Origin: Alphaproteobacteria bacterium
Lineage (GTDB): Bacteria > Pseudomonadota > Alphaproteobacteria > JAJTHO01 > CANGYM01
NCBI GenBank assembly: GCA_044375675.1
Contig: JBILMD010000007.1
Coordinates: forward strand, 7,737-71,736
DNA length: 64,000 bases
Reading direction: 5' to 3'
Position 1 is the first letter of the stretch; every line of letters starts with the position of its first letter. The position numbers and the translations under genes are program-made. Shown piece by piece: positions 41,820 through 50,529 of the stretch. Under the pieces are notes generated by a model, which saw only the letters and a program-made list of their open reading frames with translations, was not told the DNA's origin and did no database searches.

Positions 41820-43640
41820 TCACCCTACACCCCCTTTCTTCAAAATCTCCCAAAACGCCTGTCCATATTTTTTCAGTTTGGCCTCCCCCATGCCGTTGAC
41901 GGAGAGCATAGCCTGAAGAGACGTCGGCCGTTGTTTGACCATATCCACCAAGGTGCGGTCGTGAAAAATGGCATAGGGGGGCAGGTTGCTTTTTTGGGCA
42001 AGGCCAAGGCGCAGGGTCTTGAGAGCGTTAAAAAGGGCACGTTCCTCGTCTGTGGACAGGCTCTGCGCCGCAGACCCCTTAGGCAGGGAACGAAGGGTTT
42101 CTGTGCGGATTCTTTTGGGAAGGGCTCTGAGGGCCAGCGTTTCTTTGTCCTTTAGAAACTGCCGCCCCTTGGGCGTCATCACGATTCCCCCATAACCTGA
42201 AACATCTACGGTCACTAGGTTTTGGGCCACCAGTTGGCGGAAAATGTTTTGCCATTCGGCCTTGGTGTATTCCGTGCCGATGCCAAAGGTGCTTTGTTGG
42301 TCGTGTTTAAAGCGCACAATGCGCGGGTCCTGCTCCGCTTTTCCCAGCAAAACGGCAATCAGGTAACTGACCCCGAACCGGCCGCCGGTGCGGTAAGAGG
42401 CCGACAGAGCCTTTTGCGCCGCAATAGTGCCGTCGAAGGTTTCGGGCTTGGTATCACACGTATCGCAAAAACCGCACGGTTCTGCCTGATCGCCGAAGTA
42501 TCCGAGCAGAATTTGGCGGCGACAGGATGCCGCCTCGCAAAGCCCCAGCAGGGCACTCAGCTTATGATGCTGGATCCGTTTTTGCGCTTCGGGGGCCTCG
42601 GAATCCTCAATCCACGTGCGTTGCATGGCCGCGTCTTCCATGCCGTAGAGCATATATGCGTTGGCGGGCAAGCCGTCACGTCCGGCGCGGCCCGTTTCTT
42701 GGTAATAGGCCTCGATATTTTTGGGGATGTTCAGGTGGGCAACAAACCGAACATCGGGTTTATCAATCCCCATGCCAAAGGCCACCGTGGCCACCATGAT
42801 GATGCCCTCGTCCCGCAAAAAGCGGGCCTGGTTTTTTTCCCGCACGTCATGGGGCAGGCCCGCGTGATAGGGCAGCACGCTGGCCCCTTTGTCTTTCAGC
42901 CAAGCGGCCAAATCCTCCACTTTTTTGCGGGAAAGACAGTAAATAATCCCCGCATCGTCTGCATGGTTATCCTGAATGAATCGCCAAAGCTGTTGTTTTG
43001 AATTGTTTTTAGTTTCAATGGAATAATGGATATTGGGTCGATCAAAGCCCCCGATAAAAGTTCGCCCCGTGTCCAGTTTCAGGCGCTGCACGATGTCACC
43101 CCGCGTGGGCGCATCCGCTGTGGCGGTCAGGGCAATGCGGGGAACAGCGGGGAAACGCTGGGCCAGCACCGAAAGCGCCGCATAATCCGGCCGAAAATCA
43201 TGGCCCCATTGGGACAAACAATGCGCTTCATCAATGGCAAACAGGGCCAGTTTGCACCCTTGCAAAAAATCCATAAACTCCGGCATCACCAGCCTTTCAG
43301 GCGCCACATAGACCAGATCCAGTGTTCCGGTCCGCATTTGCTGACGGATCTCCTCAATCTGATGCGGGGGCAGGCCTGAATGAATGGCCGCCGCCGCAAT
43401 CCCCAGCTGCGCCAAAGCCCCCACCTGATCCTGCATCAGGGCAATCAGGGGCGAGACCACCACCGCCACCCCATCCAGACACAACGCGGGAATCTGATAA
43501 CACAGGGATTTTCCCGCCCCCGTGGGCATCACAACAAAGGCGTTCTGGCCACGGATGACATGCTGAATAATCGCCTCCTGCTGTCCCCGAAACGCGGGAT
43601 AGCCAAAGGTTTTTTGCAGGATGCTGATGGGTGTGGTCAT
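41820..43640 (-). CDS. recQ: ATP-dependent DNA helicase RecQ
   Basis: MPTGAGKSLCYQ, DEAHCLSQWGHDFRP, QETGRAGRDG, Zn site, RQC and HRDC domains. Confidence 0.96.
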   Translation of the reverse strand: MTTPISILQKTFGYPAFRGQQEAIIQHVIRGQNAFVVMPTGAGKSLCYQIPALCLDGVAVVVSPLIALMQDQVGALAQLGIAAAAIHSGLPPHQIEEIRQQMRTGTLDLVYVAPERLVMPEFMDFLQGCKLALFAIDEAHCLSQWGHDFRPDYAALSVLAQRFPAVPRIALTATADAPTRGDIVQRLKLDTGRTFIGGFDRPNIHYSIETKNNSKQQLWRFIQDNHADDAGIIYCLSRKKVEDLAAWLKDKGASVLPYHAGLPHDVREKNQARFLRDEGIIMVATVAFGMGIDKPDVRFVAHLNIPKNIEAYYQETGRAGRDGLPANAYMLYGMEDAAMQRTWIEDSEAPEAQKRIQHHKLSALLGLCEAASCRRQILLGYFGDQAEPCGFCDTCDTKPETFDGTIAAQKALSASYRTGGRFGVSYLIAVLLGKAEQDPRIVRFKHDQQSTFGIGTEYTKAEWQNIFRQLVAQNLVTVDVSGYGGIVMTPKGRQFLKDKETLALRALPKRIRTETLRSLPKGSAAQSLSTDEERALFNALKTLRLGLAQKSNLPPYAIFHDRTLVDMVKQRPTSLQAMLSVNGMGEAKLKKYGQAFWEILKKGGVG

Positions 43641-43959
43641 GGGGAAGGATGTTGGGGAAAAAATAAGTCAGCGTTGGACAAACTTGGATGAAAAAAGACA
43701 GAATACCCTTGGCAATTAAGGACTTTTTGGACAACAATGAACGGGGGAAATTTAAGATATGGCGGTGTGGTGCTGGTTGGATGATAATCGCTCTGTTGCT
43801 GACAAAGTACTGACGGCAAATGGGGCGTAAATCTAAAAATCATAGCGTAAAAAAGCCATAAATAGCGTACGCATTTGGAATTATTCAGATACATTGAAGC
43901 ATGCCTTGCTTTTTGAAGTTTATCTGTCTATTCTGGCTTTCAATCATGGATTAGACGGT

Positions 43960-45183
43960 ATGACTTTAGCCATTAAACGTACATTAACACAAGCTATCAA
44001 AGAGACCAGCGATAGCTTTAAAGTACTGCTGCTAACAGGTCCACGACAGGTTGGTAAAACAACACTGTTGCAAGAGGTGCAGAAATCCTCACGTTCTTAC
44101 GTTACATTGGATGATCTGGGTGTGCGTCTTGCGGCACAACAAGACCCTGCGGGCTTTCTGGATCGCTTAAGCCTGCCTGTGCTGATTGATGAAGTGCAAT
44201 ATGCGCCTGATTTATTTCCCTACATCAAAATGATAGTCGATAAAGAGAAAAAGGCAGGCATGTTCTGGCTGACAGGCTCTCAGCAATTTGAGATGATGAA
44301 GAACGTAACGGAATCTCTGGCGGGACGGGTGGCCATTCTCCATTTGCAAGGCATCTCGCTCTCTGAAGAACAAGGGCGTACCTATGATGCCCCCTTCTTG
44401 CCGACGCCAGCATTGATGAAATCCCTCAGGAAAGCGAAGCCTCTGGGGTTGACAGAGGCATATCATATTATCTGGCGTGGGTCTTATCCCGATGTGGTCA
44501 CGCAGGATGGTAGAAACTGGGAACGCTTTTATAGCTCCTATGTATCCACTTATATTCAGCGTGATGTGCGGGAATATCTGGATATTAAGGATACGGCTGC
44601 GTTTCACAAATTCATGCAAATTGCGGCTGCCCGCACGGGACAACTCATCAATTATGCCGATATGGCGCGAGATGTCGGCATCAACGAAACCACGATTAAA
44701 ACGTGGCTAAATGTCCTCCATGCTTCCGGCATTATCACGTTGTTACAGCCGTATTTTAATAACCGCACCAAACGGCTCGTTAAAACCCCGAAGCTGTATT
44801 TTATGGATACGGGGTTATGTGCCTATCTAACAGGGTGGCTGAGTAGCGATGTACTGGAACGGGGGGCGATGTCGGGTGCGATGCTTGAAACATGGGTGGT
44901 ATCGGAAATTATTAAATCCTATCTGCACCATGGCCGCACCCCGCGCCTTTATTTTTACCGCGATAAAGACAAGCGCGAAGTGGATTTGTTGATCGAGGAA
45001 AATGGCACTATCTATCCCATAGAAATCAAAAAGACAGCGTCCATTCAAAATATGCATTTCAAAGGATTCGATATACTGAATACGCTTGGCATGCCTATTG
45101 GTCATGGGGGGGTACTCTGTTTTACAAGTGCTTTGTTGCCACTGTCAGAAGGGGTGGATGCCATTCCAGTGGGGTATATTTAA
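43960..45183 (+). CDS. AAA+ ATPase with DUF4143 (COG1373-like)
   Basis: GPRQVGKTT, IDEVQ, LTGSQ, KTPKLYFMDTG, C-terminal EVDLL...PIEIK. Confidence 0.88.
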   Translation: MTLAIKRTLTQAIKETSDSFKVLLLTGPRQVGKTTLLQEVQKSSRSYVTLDDLGVRLAAQQDPAGFLDRLSLPVLIDEVQYAPDLFPYIKMIVDKEKKAGMFWLTGSQQFEMMKNVTESLAGRVAILHLQGISLSEEQGRTYDAPFLPTPALMKSLRKAKPLGLTEAYHIIWRGSYPDVVTQDGRNWERFYSSYVSTYIQRDVREYLDIKDTAAFHKFMQIAAARTGQLINYADMARDVGINETTIKTWLNVLHASGIITLLQPYFNNRTKRLVKTPKLYFMDTGLCAYLTGWLSSDVLERGAMSGAMLETWVVSEIIKSYLHHGRTPRLYFYRDKDKREVDLLIEENGTIYPIEIKKTASIQNMHFKGFDILNTLGMPIGHGGVLCFTSALLPLSEGVDAIPVGYI

Positions 45184-45296
45184 GCTTAGAGTGCTGCTCC
45201 AAAGTTTCAATCTGCGCAGAAAAATGTCGATTGGTGGTAATTTTTGTGCAAAAACAGCGTTGCTCTTATCCAATATCCAACGTGCGAGTTCTATTT

Positions 45297-47036
45297 ATGG
45301 CTCTATTTACCCGACAGATTTTACAAGAAAAATCCTCTCACGATGTTTTTCAGCGCGGCATGGCAATTGCCCAAGACCGAGACGCCGTTGAACTGCTCAG
45401 CATGGATGCGCAAAAAATTGTTGCCATTGTTGAGGGAAGTAATACCTACAAAGCAACACTCACCCACAAAAGCAACGATTGGGAAGGTTATTGCAGCTGT
45501 CCTGCGTTCGCGGATTACGGCGGCTGGTGTAAGCATTTAGTGGCGGTGGGCTTGGTCGCGCTGGAAAATGCAGTCACCGCAACAGATACACAGATGATAT
45601 CGCCCTTGCGTCAGATTCAAGAGTACCTTGAGACGCTTCATGAAAAAGCACTGCAAGCCTTGCTGATGGAACAGGTGGAGAACGATAAAGCCTTACTTAA
45701 AAAGCTGCTCATCAAGGCTAATGCTGCCCAAGCCAAAGGCGGGAAACTCGATCTAAAAGCCCTGAGAAAGGCAGTAACAAACACGCTCACCATTCGCGAT
45801 TATGTGGAATATCGCGAGGCATATAGCTATGCTGCGGGGGTGCGTGAGCTGCTTGATAGTCTTGCTGATTTGCTGGAACAAGGGCACGCAGAAGCCCTGA
45901 AAGATCTGATGGAATTATGCTGGGACATCATGGAAGAAGCGATGGGGCGCATTGACGATTCCAATGGGGAAACAGGGCAGTTTATGGGGCGTATTGCTGA
46001 ATTGCACCTTGCGGCGTGTTTACAGGCAAAGCCTGAACCCGTTCGGTTGGCTGAAGAATTATTTGAACGAGAAATAGGCAGTGATTGGGATATTTTTGAA
46101 GGAGATGTTTATACAGACTATGCCGATGCCTTAGGCGAGACGGGGCGTGCGGCTTACCGTGCGTGTGTGGATGCAGCGTGGGAAAAGCTGCCCGCTCTTC
46201 AAGCGGGGGATAAGCAAGACTATGGTAAACGTTGGCGCATAACATGCCTCAAGAAACGTATGGTACTGGCAGAAGGCAATCTGGATGCGATTATAGCAGT
46301 GCTGTCAAAAGATCTTTCTAGCAGTTATTACTATCTTGGTATTGCCGAGCAGTGCGTGAAACACGAGCGCGATGATTTGGCTCTTGATTATGCCTTGCAG
46401 GGACTGCAGAATTTTGAGAGCCTCGATGATCGGTTGGTGGATTTTGTTACAACACTGGCCGAGCGGCAGGGTGATCCTGATCTTGCCTTATCATGGCATC
46501 AAAAAGCCTTCGCCAAAGAGCTTTCTTATCAACAGTTTGAACGACTGCGGAATATTGCCCGTAAACAAAACCGTTGGGAGGCATTGCGAGACGATGCACT
46601 ACAGGCGATTGAAAAAGCAGTCGTGGCGCAAACAACCGCAAAGCCGCAGAATCGCTGGCATGGAGCAGATGCGTCTTTACTGGTAAAAGTGTTGTTGCTA
46701 GAAGAACATTGGGAGCGTGCTTGGCAGACGGCTGTAAAACATGGTTGTTCGCAAGATCTTTGGCTGAAATTGGCAGTTTGGCGAGCGCAGGATCACCCTG
46801 CCGAGGTGGTGCCGTATTATCAAACGTGGGTGCACGCTGCCATTGAAGGACAAGGGAATAACGGCGGGTACGAGACCGCTCTCAAGCACCTGCTTACGCT
46901 GAAGCCCATCATGGAACGTTTAGGGCAGCAGGCGGCTTTCAATGCATTCGTTGCTGACATAAAAACCCGATATAAAGCCAAGCGCAACATGATGAAATTG
47001 TTGGAAACGCTGTCCTTATTCAAGGTTGCGGCGTAG
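45297..47036 (+). CDS. SWIM zinc-finger protein with long helical C-terminus
   Basis: CSCP...WCKHLVA (CxC..CxH); DDSNG motif; TPR-like helices. Confidence 0.78.
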   Translation: MALFTRQILQEKSSHDVFQRGMAIAQDRDAVELLSMDAQKIVAIVEGSNTYKATLTHKSNDWEGYCSCPAFADYGGWCKHLVAVGLVALENAVTATDTQMISPLRQIQEYLETLHEKALQALLMEQVENDKALLKKLLIKANAAQAKGGKLDLKALRKAVTNTLTIRDYVEYREAYSYAAGVRELLDSLADLLEQGHAEALKDLMELCWDIMEEAMGRIDDSNGETGQFMGRIAELHLAACLQAKPEPVRLAEELFEREIGSDWDIFEGDVYTDYADALGETGRAAYRACVDAAWEKLPALQAGDKQDYGKRWRITCLKKRMVLAEGNLDAIIAVLSKDLSSSYYYLGIAEQCVKHERDDLALDYALQGLQNFESLDDRLVDFVTTLAERQGDPDLALSWHQKAFAKELSYQQFERLRNIARKQNRWEALRDDALQAIEKAVVAQTTAKPQNRWHGADASLLVKVLLLEEHWERAWQTAVKHGCSQDLWLKLAVWRAQDHPAEVVPYYQTWVHAAIEGQGNNGGYETALKHLLTLKPIMERLGQQAAFNAFVADIKTRYKAKRNMMKLLETLSLFKVAA

Positions 47037-47058
47037 CGCATGATTATCTTGCGTGATC

Positions 47059-47074
47059 GTTAACGAATTGTTAA
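47059..47074. promoter_or_regulatory. Consensus CtrA binding site
   Basis: gTTAAcgaattgTTAA; reads TTAA-N7-TTAAC on the minus strand, about 62 bp upstream of the SPFH start. Confidence 0.55.
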
Positions 47075-47136
47075 TAGAATGTAAACGATAATCACTGCTC
47101 CCTAAAATGGGATGTCTTTGTTAATAGGAGAGAAAA

Positions 47137-48135
47137 ATGGGCTTAATGTCTTTTATCGGCAAACAGTTTGTTGATGTTATTCAGTGGACGGAAGAGCAGC
47201 AAGGCGTACTTGCCTATCGTTACCCCATGGAAGGCATGGAGATTCAAAATGGTGCGCAACTGGTGGTGCGGGAAACACAGCACGCTGCGTTTTTCAATGA
47301 GGGAAAATTTGCAGATCATTTTGCTGCTGGCACGTATACCCTCACCACGCAAACGCTGCCTGTCTTAACCTATCTGAAAAACTGGGATAAGGCGTTTGAA
47401 TCCCCGTTTAAATCGGATGTCTATTTTTTCAGTCTCCGCGAGCAGCTTGATCAGAAATGGGGCACCACACAGCCCATCACCATCCGTGATAAAGAGTTTG
47501 GGGCGATCCGTATTCGTGCTTTCGGCAACTATTCCTTTAAAATTGCTGATCAGGCGGTGTTCTGGACAAAACTGGTCGGCACAGCGGCGCAATACACGAT
47601 TGATGACGCCTCAGGACAATTGCGTGCTGCTATTCTTACAGCTCTTTCCAGTTTCCTTGGCAAAAGCGATATTGCCTTTGTCGATATGGCGGGCAACCAA
47701 GATGTGTTCTCGCAAAAATTGAAGGAGGCGGTTGCGCCTGCACTGGCAGAGTATGGGTTAGAGCTGCGCAGCTTTTTTGTACAAAACCTGTCATTACCCG
47801 AAGAACTGGAAAAACACCTCGATAAAGCGGCCTCGCAACGCATTGTGGGCAACTTGCAGCAATACACACAGTTTCAGGCGGCTGATAGCTTATCTGTTGC
47901 CGCCGCAAATGAGGGTGGTGTTGCAGGCGCAGGCGCAGGGCTTGGCGCGGGATTAGCTATGGGACAAATGATGACGGGCGCTTTACAGGGTATAAATACC
48001 CCAACCGCTGCGACATCCCCTGCAGAAGACCCAATTCAAATGCTGGAAAAATTAGGGGAACTTCTTAAAAAAGGCATTCTTACTCAGACTGAGTTTGATA
48101 GTAAAAAGGCGGAATTACTCAGCAGGATTAAGTAG
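47137..48135 (+). CDS. SPFH/Band-7 (YdjI-like) protein with C-terminal SHOCT-like domain
   Basis: SPFKSDVYF, KWGTTQPI, Gly/Ala-rich segment, LLKKGILTQTEFDSKKAELL. Confidence 0.82.
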   Translation: MGLMSFIGKQFVDVIQWTEEQQGVLAYRYPMEGMEIQNGAQLVVRETQHAAFFNEGKFADHFAAGTYTLTTQTLPVLTYLKNWDKAFESPFKSDVYFFSLREQLDQKWGTTQPITIRDKEFGAIRIRAFGNYSFKIADQAVFWTKLVGTAAQYTIDDASGQLRAAILTALSSFLGKSDIAFVDMAGNQDVFSQKLKEAVAPALAEYGLELRSFFVQNLSLPEELEKHLDKAASQRIVGNLQQYTQFQAADSLSVAAANEGGVAGAGAGLGAGLAMGQMMTGALQGINTPTAATSPAEDPIQMLEKLGELLKKGILTQTEFDSKKAELLSRIK

Positions 48136-48138
48136 TCC

Positions 48139-48777
48139 ATGCGGATGTTTGCCTGTCCTTCGTGCGGTGCCGAGGTGCCATTCCGCTCGTCATTAAGCGT
48201 GTATGCTGTATGTGCCTATTGCAACAGCATGGTGGTGCGGCGTGATGTGGATGTGGAAGCGATTGGGACTATGGCTGCCTTGCCAGAAGATATGAGTCCG
48301 CTGCAAATTGGGACAGAAGGCGTGTATCAGGGGGTACGTTTTAGCATTGTAGGACGGTTGAGAATTGGCTGGGAAAGCGGCACGTGGAACGAATGGTTTA
48401 TCGTATCTGATGATAGTCGCAAAGGCTGGCTTGCGGAAGCACAAGGGTTTTATGCGATAAGCTATGAACTGGCAGTACCAGATAGTTTGCCAGAGGTGAA
48501 TAGCCTTACTATCAATGATTTTATTACCCTTGAAGGTGATAGCTTGCGCGTCGTGGATATAAAAGACGCTACCTGCATAGGCAGTGAGGGTGAGTTGCCA
48601 TTTATAGCCCCCAAAGGCAGAAAAACCCGCTCCATTGATTTATTAGGCGCACATGGAGAGTTTGCCAGCATTGAAATTGAGCATAAAATGCAGGGGAATA
48701 CGCGTCTTTATGTTGGCAATTATGTGGCATGGGATGATTTAAAACTTTCCCATCTTCGTGAACTGGAGGGCTGGTGA
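48139..48777 (+). CDS. Zn-ribbon + DUF4178 protein
   Basis: CPSCG...CAYC, GTWNEW, GWLAE, EGELPF. Confidence 0.75.
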   Translation: MRMFACPSCGAEVPFRSSLSVYAVCAYCNSMVVRRDVDVEAIGTMAALPEDMSPLQIGTEGVYQGVRFSIVGRLRIGWESGTWNEWFIVSDDSRKGWLAEAQGFYAISYELAVPDSLPEVNSLTINDFITLEGDSLRVVDIKDATCIGSEGELPFIAPKGRKTRSIDLLGAHGEFASIEIEHKMQGNTRLYVGNYVAWDDLKLSHLRELEGW

Positions 48778-50162
48778 TGGTTGGTGAGCCTGTCCCTTCT
48801 TCCGAGAAACCCACAACGCAGCTTAGCCCTGCTTCTCTTTTGCCGCCGAATAAAGGCAAGCCCAAGGCGTTTAACTGCCCGCATTGTGGTGGGGTGGTAA
48901 CTCTAAAGGCAGTGGGGCTTTCTGTTTCTGCTGTTTGCAGCCATTGCGGTAGCATTATTGATGTTAATAATGAAAACTATCGGATTATTGATGCTTCGGG
49001 GCAGCATGACAGAGACATACTGATTCCTCTCGGAACACGGGGCGTGTTGTTTGATAAATCGTGGGAAGTTATCGGCTACATGGAACGCTCCAATGGGGCT
49101 GAATTTTACGAATATTTCTGGGAAGAATATTTGCTCTATAACCCTTATTATGGCTTTCGTTTTCTGGTGCAGGCGGAAGGGCACTGGAATTTTATGGAGG
49201 TGGTGCGCCGTGATATTGCGGGGGTAGGAGGATTGGACGATCTTTATCCAGAGGGAAGGCTTCTTGGAAAACGGTATAAAATTTTTCACACTGGTGTGGC
49301 GGTTGTTCATTACGTTAAAGGTGAATTTTACTGGCGCGTGCAAAAAGGCGAGAAAACTGCTGTTTGGGATTATATTTGCCCTCCCTCCCTTATTTCTGCA
49401 GAAAAATCGTTGGGCGAGTTGGTTGTTTCGCAGGGGGGGTATGTTGATCCATCGACTGTAAAAGCTGCGTTTAATATTCCTGAAATGCCCGTACGTAGAG
49501 GTGTTGCGCCCAATCAACCAGATCCTTATGCACACGGACTATTTTGGAAAATATGGTTTGTTGCGCTGATTGCCATGGTTATGGCATTTTTTATCCATTT
49601 AATCACGACAAGTAATGCCGTAAAGCAAGAAATTTCCTATTATACTTACACTGCTTCAGCAGCACAGAAAGAAGGGGAGCTAAGTAGTCCTGTCTTCACC
49701 CTGCCCAAAACAGAGAATGTGTTAGTAGAAAGTTATGCGCCGTTGGATAATGATTGGCTAGAATTAACGCTATCACTTGTCAACACACAAACGAATGAAA
49801 CCATAACAGCTCTGCAAGGAATGGAATATTACCGTGGTCAAGACAATGACGGCGCATGGGCAGAAGGAACCCGTCAAAGAACAACATGGTTTTCTGCTGT
49901 TCCTGCAGGAACGTATCAAATTCTCATGGATGTAGATGCAGGCGTCTTTGCGCAAGGGAGACAAACGCAATTTGTGGTTAAAGTGACGCGGAATGTTCCT
50001 TCCGTACAAAATTTCTGGGTGTGTATACTCCTTATTCTGCTCTATCCTTTGTTTACGTTCCTTCGTTGGTATATGTTTGAAAATAAACGTTGGTCGCAAA
50101 GTGATTTTGCGCCTGCCTTATATAGAGCATCAGAAGGAGGTGGTGATGACGATGATTCCTAA
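48777..50162 (+). CDS. Zn-ribbon + DUF4178 membrane protein
   Basis: CPHCG...CSHC, WEEYLLYNP, GEFYWRV, GVAPNQP; two TMs flank an extracytoplasmic domain. Confidence 0.75.
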   Translation: MVGEPVPSSEKPTTQLSPASLLPPNKGKPKAFNCPHCGGVVTLKAVGLSVSAVCSHCGSIIDVNNENYRIIDASGQHDRDILIPLGTRGVLFDKSWEVIGYMERSNGAEFYEYFWEEYLLYNPYYGFRFLVQAEGHWNFMEVVRRDIAGVGGLDDLYPEGRLLGKRYKIFHTGVAVVHYVKGEFYWRVQKGEKTAVWDYICPPSLISAEKSLGELVVSQGGYVDPSTVKAAFNIPEMPVRRGVAPNQPDPYAHGLFWKIWFVALIAMVMAFFIHLITTSNAVKQEISYYTYTASAAQKEGELSSPVFTLPKTENVLVESYAPLDNDWLELTLSLVNTQTNETITALQGMEYYRGQDNDGAWAEGTRQRTTWFSAVPAGTYQILMDVDAGVFAQGRQTQFVVKVTRNVPSVQNFWVCILLILLYPLFTFLRWYMFENKRWSQSDFAPALYRASEGGGDDDDS

Positions 50163-50295
50163 AAAATTTATCATCTATTGCACCACTCTTGTGTTGTTGC
50201 TGGGATTTGCCAATCATAAAGGTTATGTTGTGGCAAGCCTGTTTAGTAGTGTACAGAAAGCTGATAAATCCGCCCCCAATCGTTCCCACAAATAG
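50146..50295 (+). CDS. Small single-TM protein (~49 aa) ending in HK
   Basis: AGGAGG RBS, hydrophobic N-terminus, overlaps the upstream gene and ends 9 nt before DUF350. Confidence 0.6.
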   Translation: MTMIPKKFIIYCTTLVLLLGFANHKGYVVASLFSSVQKADKSAPNRSHK

Positions 50296-50304
50296 GAGAA
50301 AACC

Positions 50305-50526
50305 ATGGAAGACTTTATCAACATGAAATACGTTTTTAATGCCCTCATTTTTTCAGGTATCGGCATGTTGGTGTTTGTCATCAGCTTTGCGCTGCTTGAT
50401 TTACTCACGCCCCGAGTAAGTATCTGGAAAGAGCTGGTGGAGAAACAAAATATTGCCGCAGCTATTTTCCTAGGTGCCATGGCAATTGGGCTTTCGACCA
50501 TTATTGCCTCAGCCATTCACGGCTAG
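50305..50526 (+). CDS. DUF350 two-TM protein
   Basis: DLLTP...ELVEKQNIAAAI...IIASAIHG. Confidence 0.82.
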   Translation: MEDFINMKYVFNALIFSGIGMLVFVISFALLDLLTPRVSIWKELVEKQNIAAAIFLGAMAIGLSTIIASAIHG

Positions 50527-50529
50527 ATT

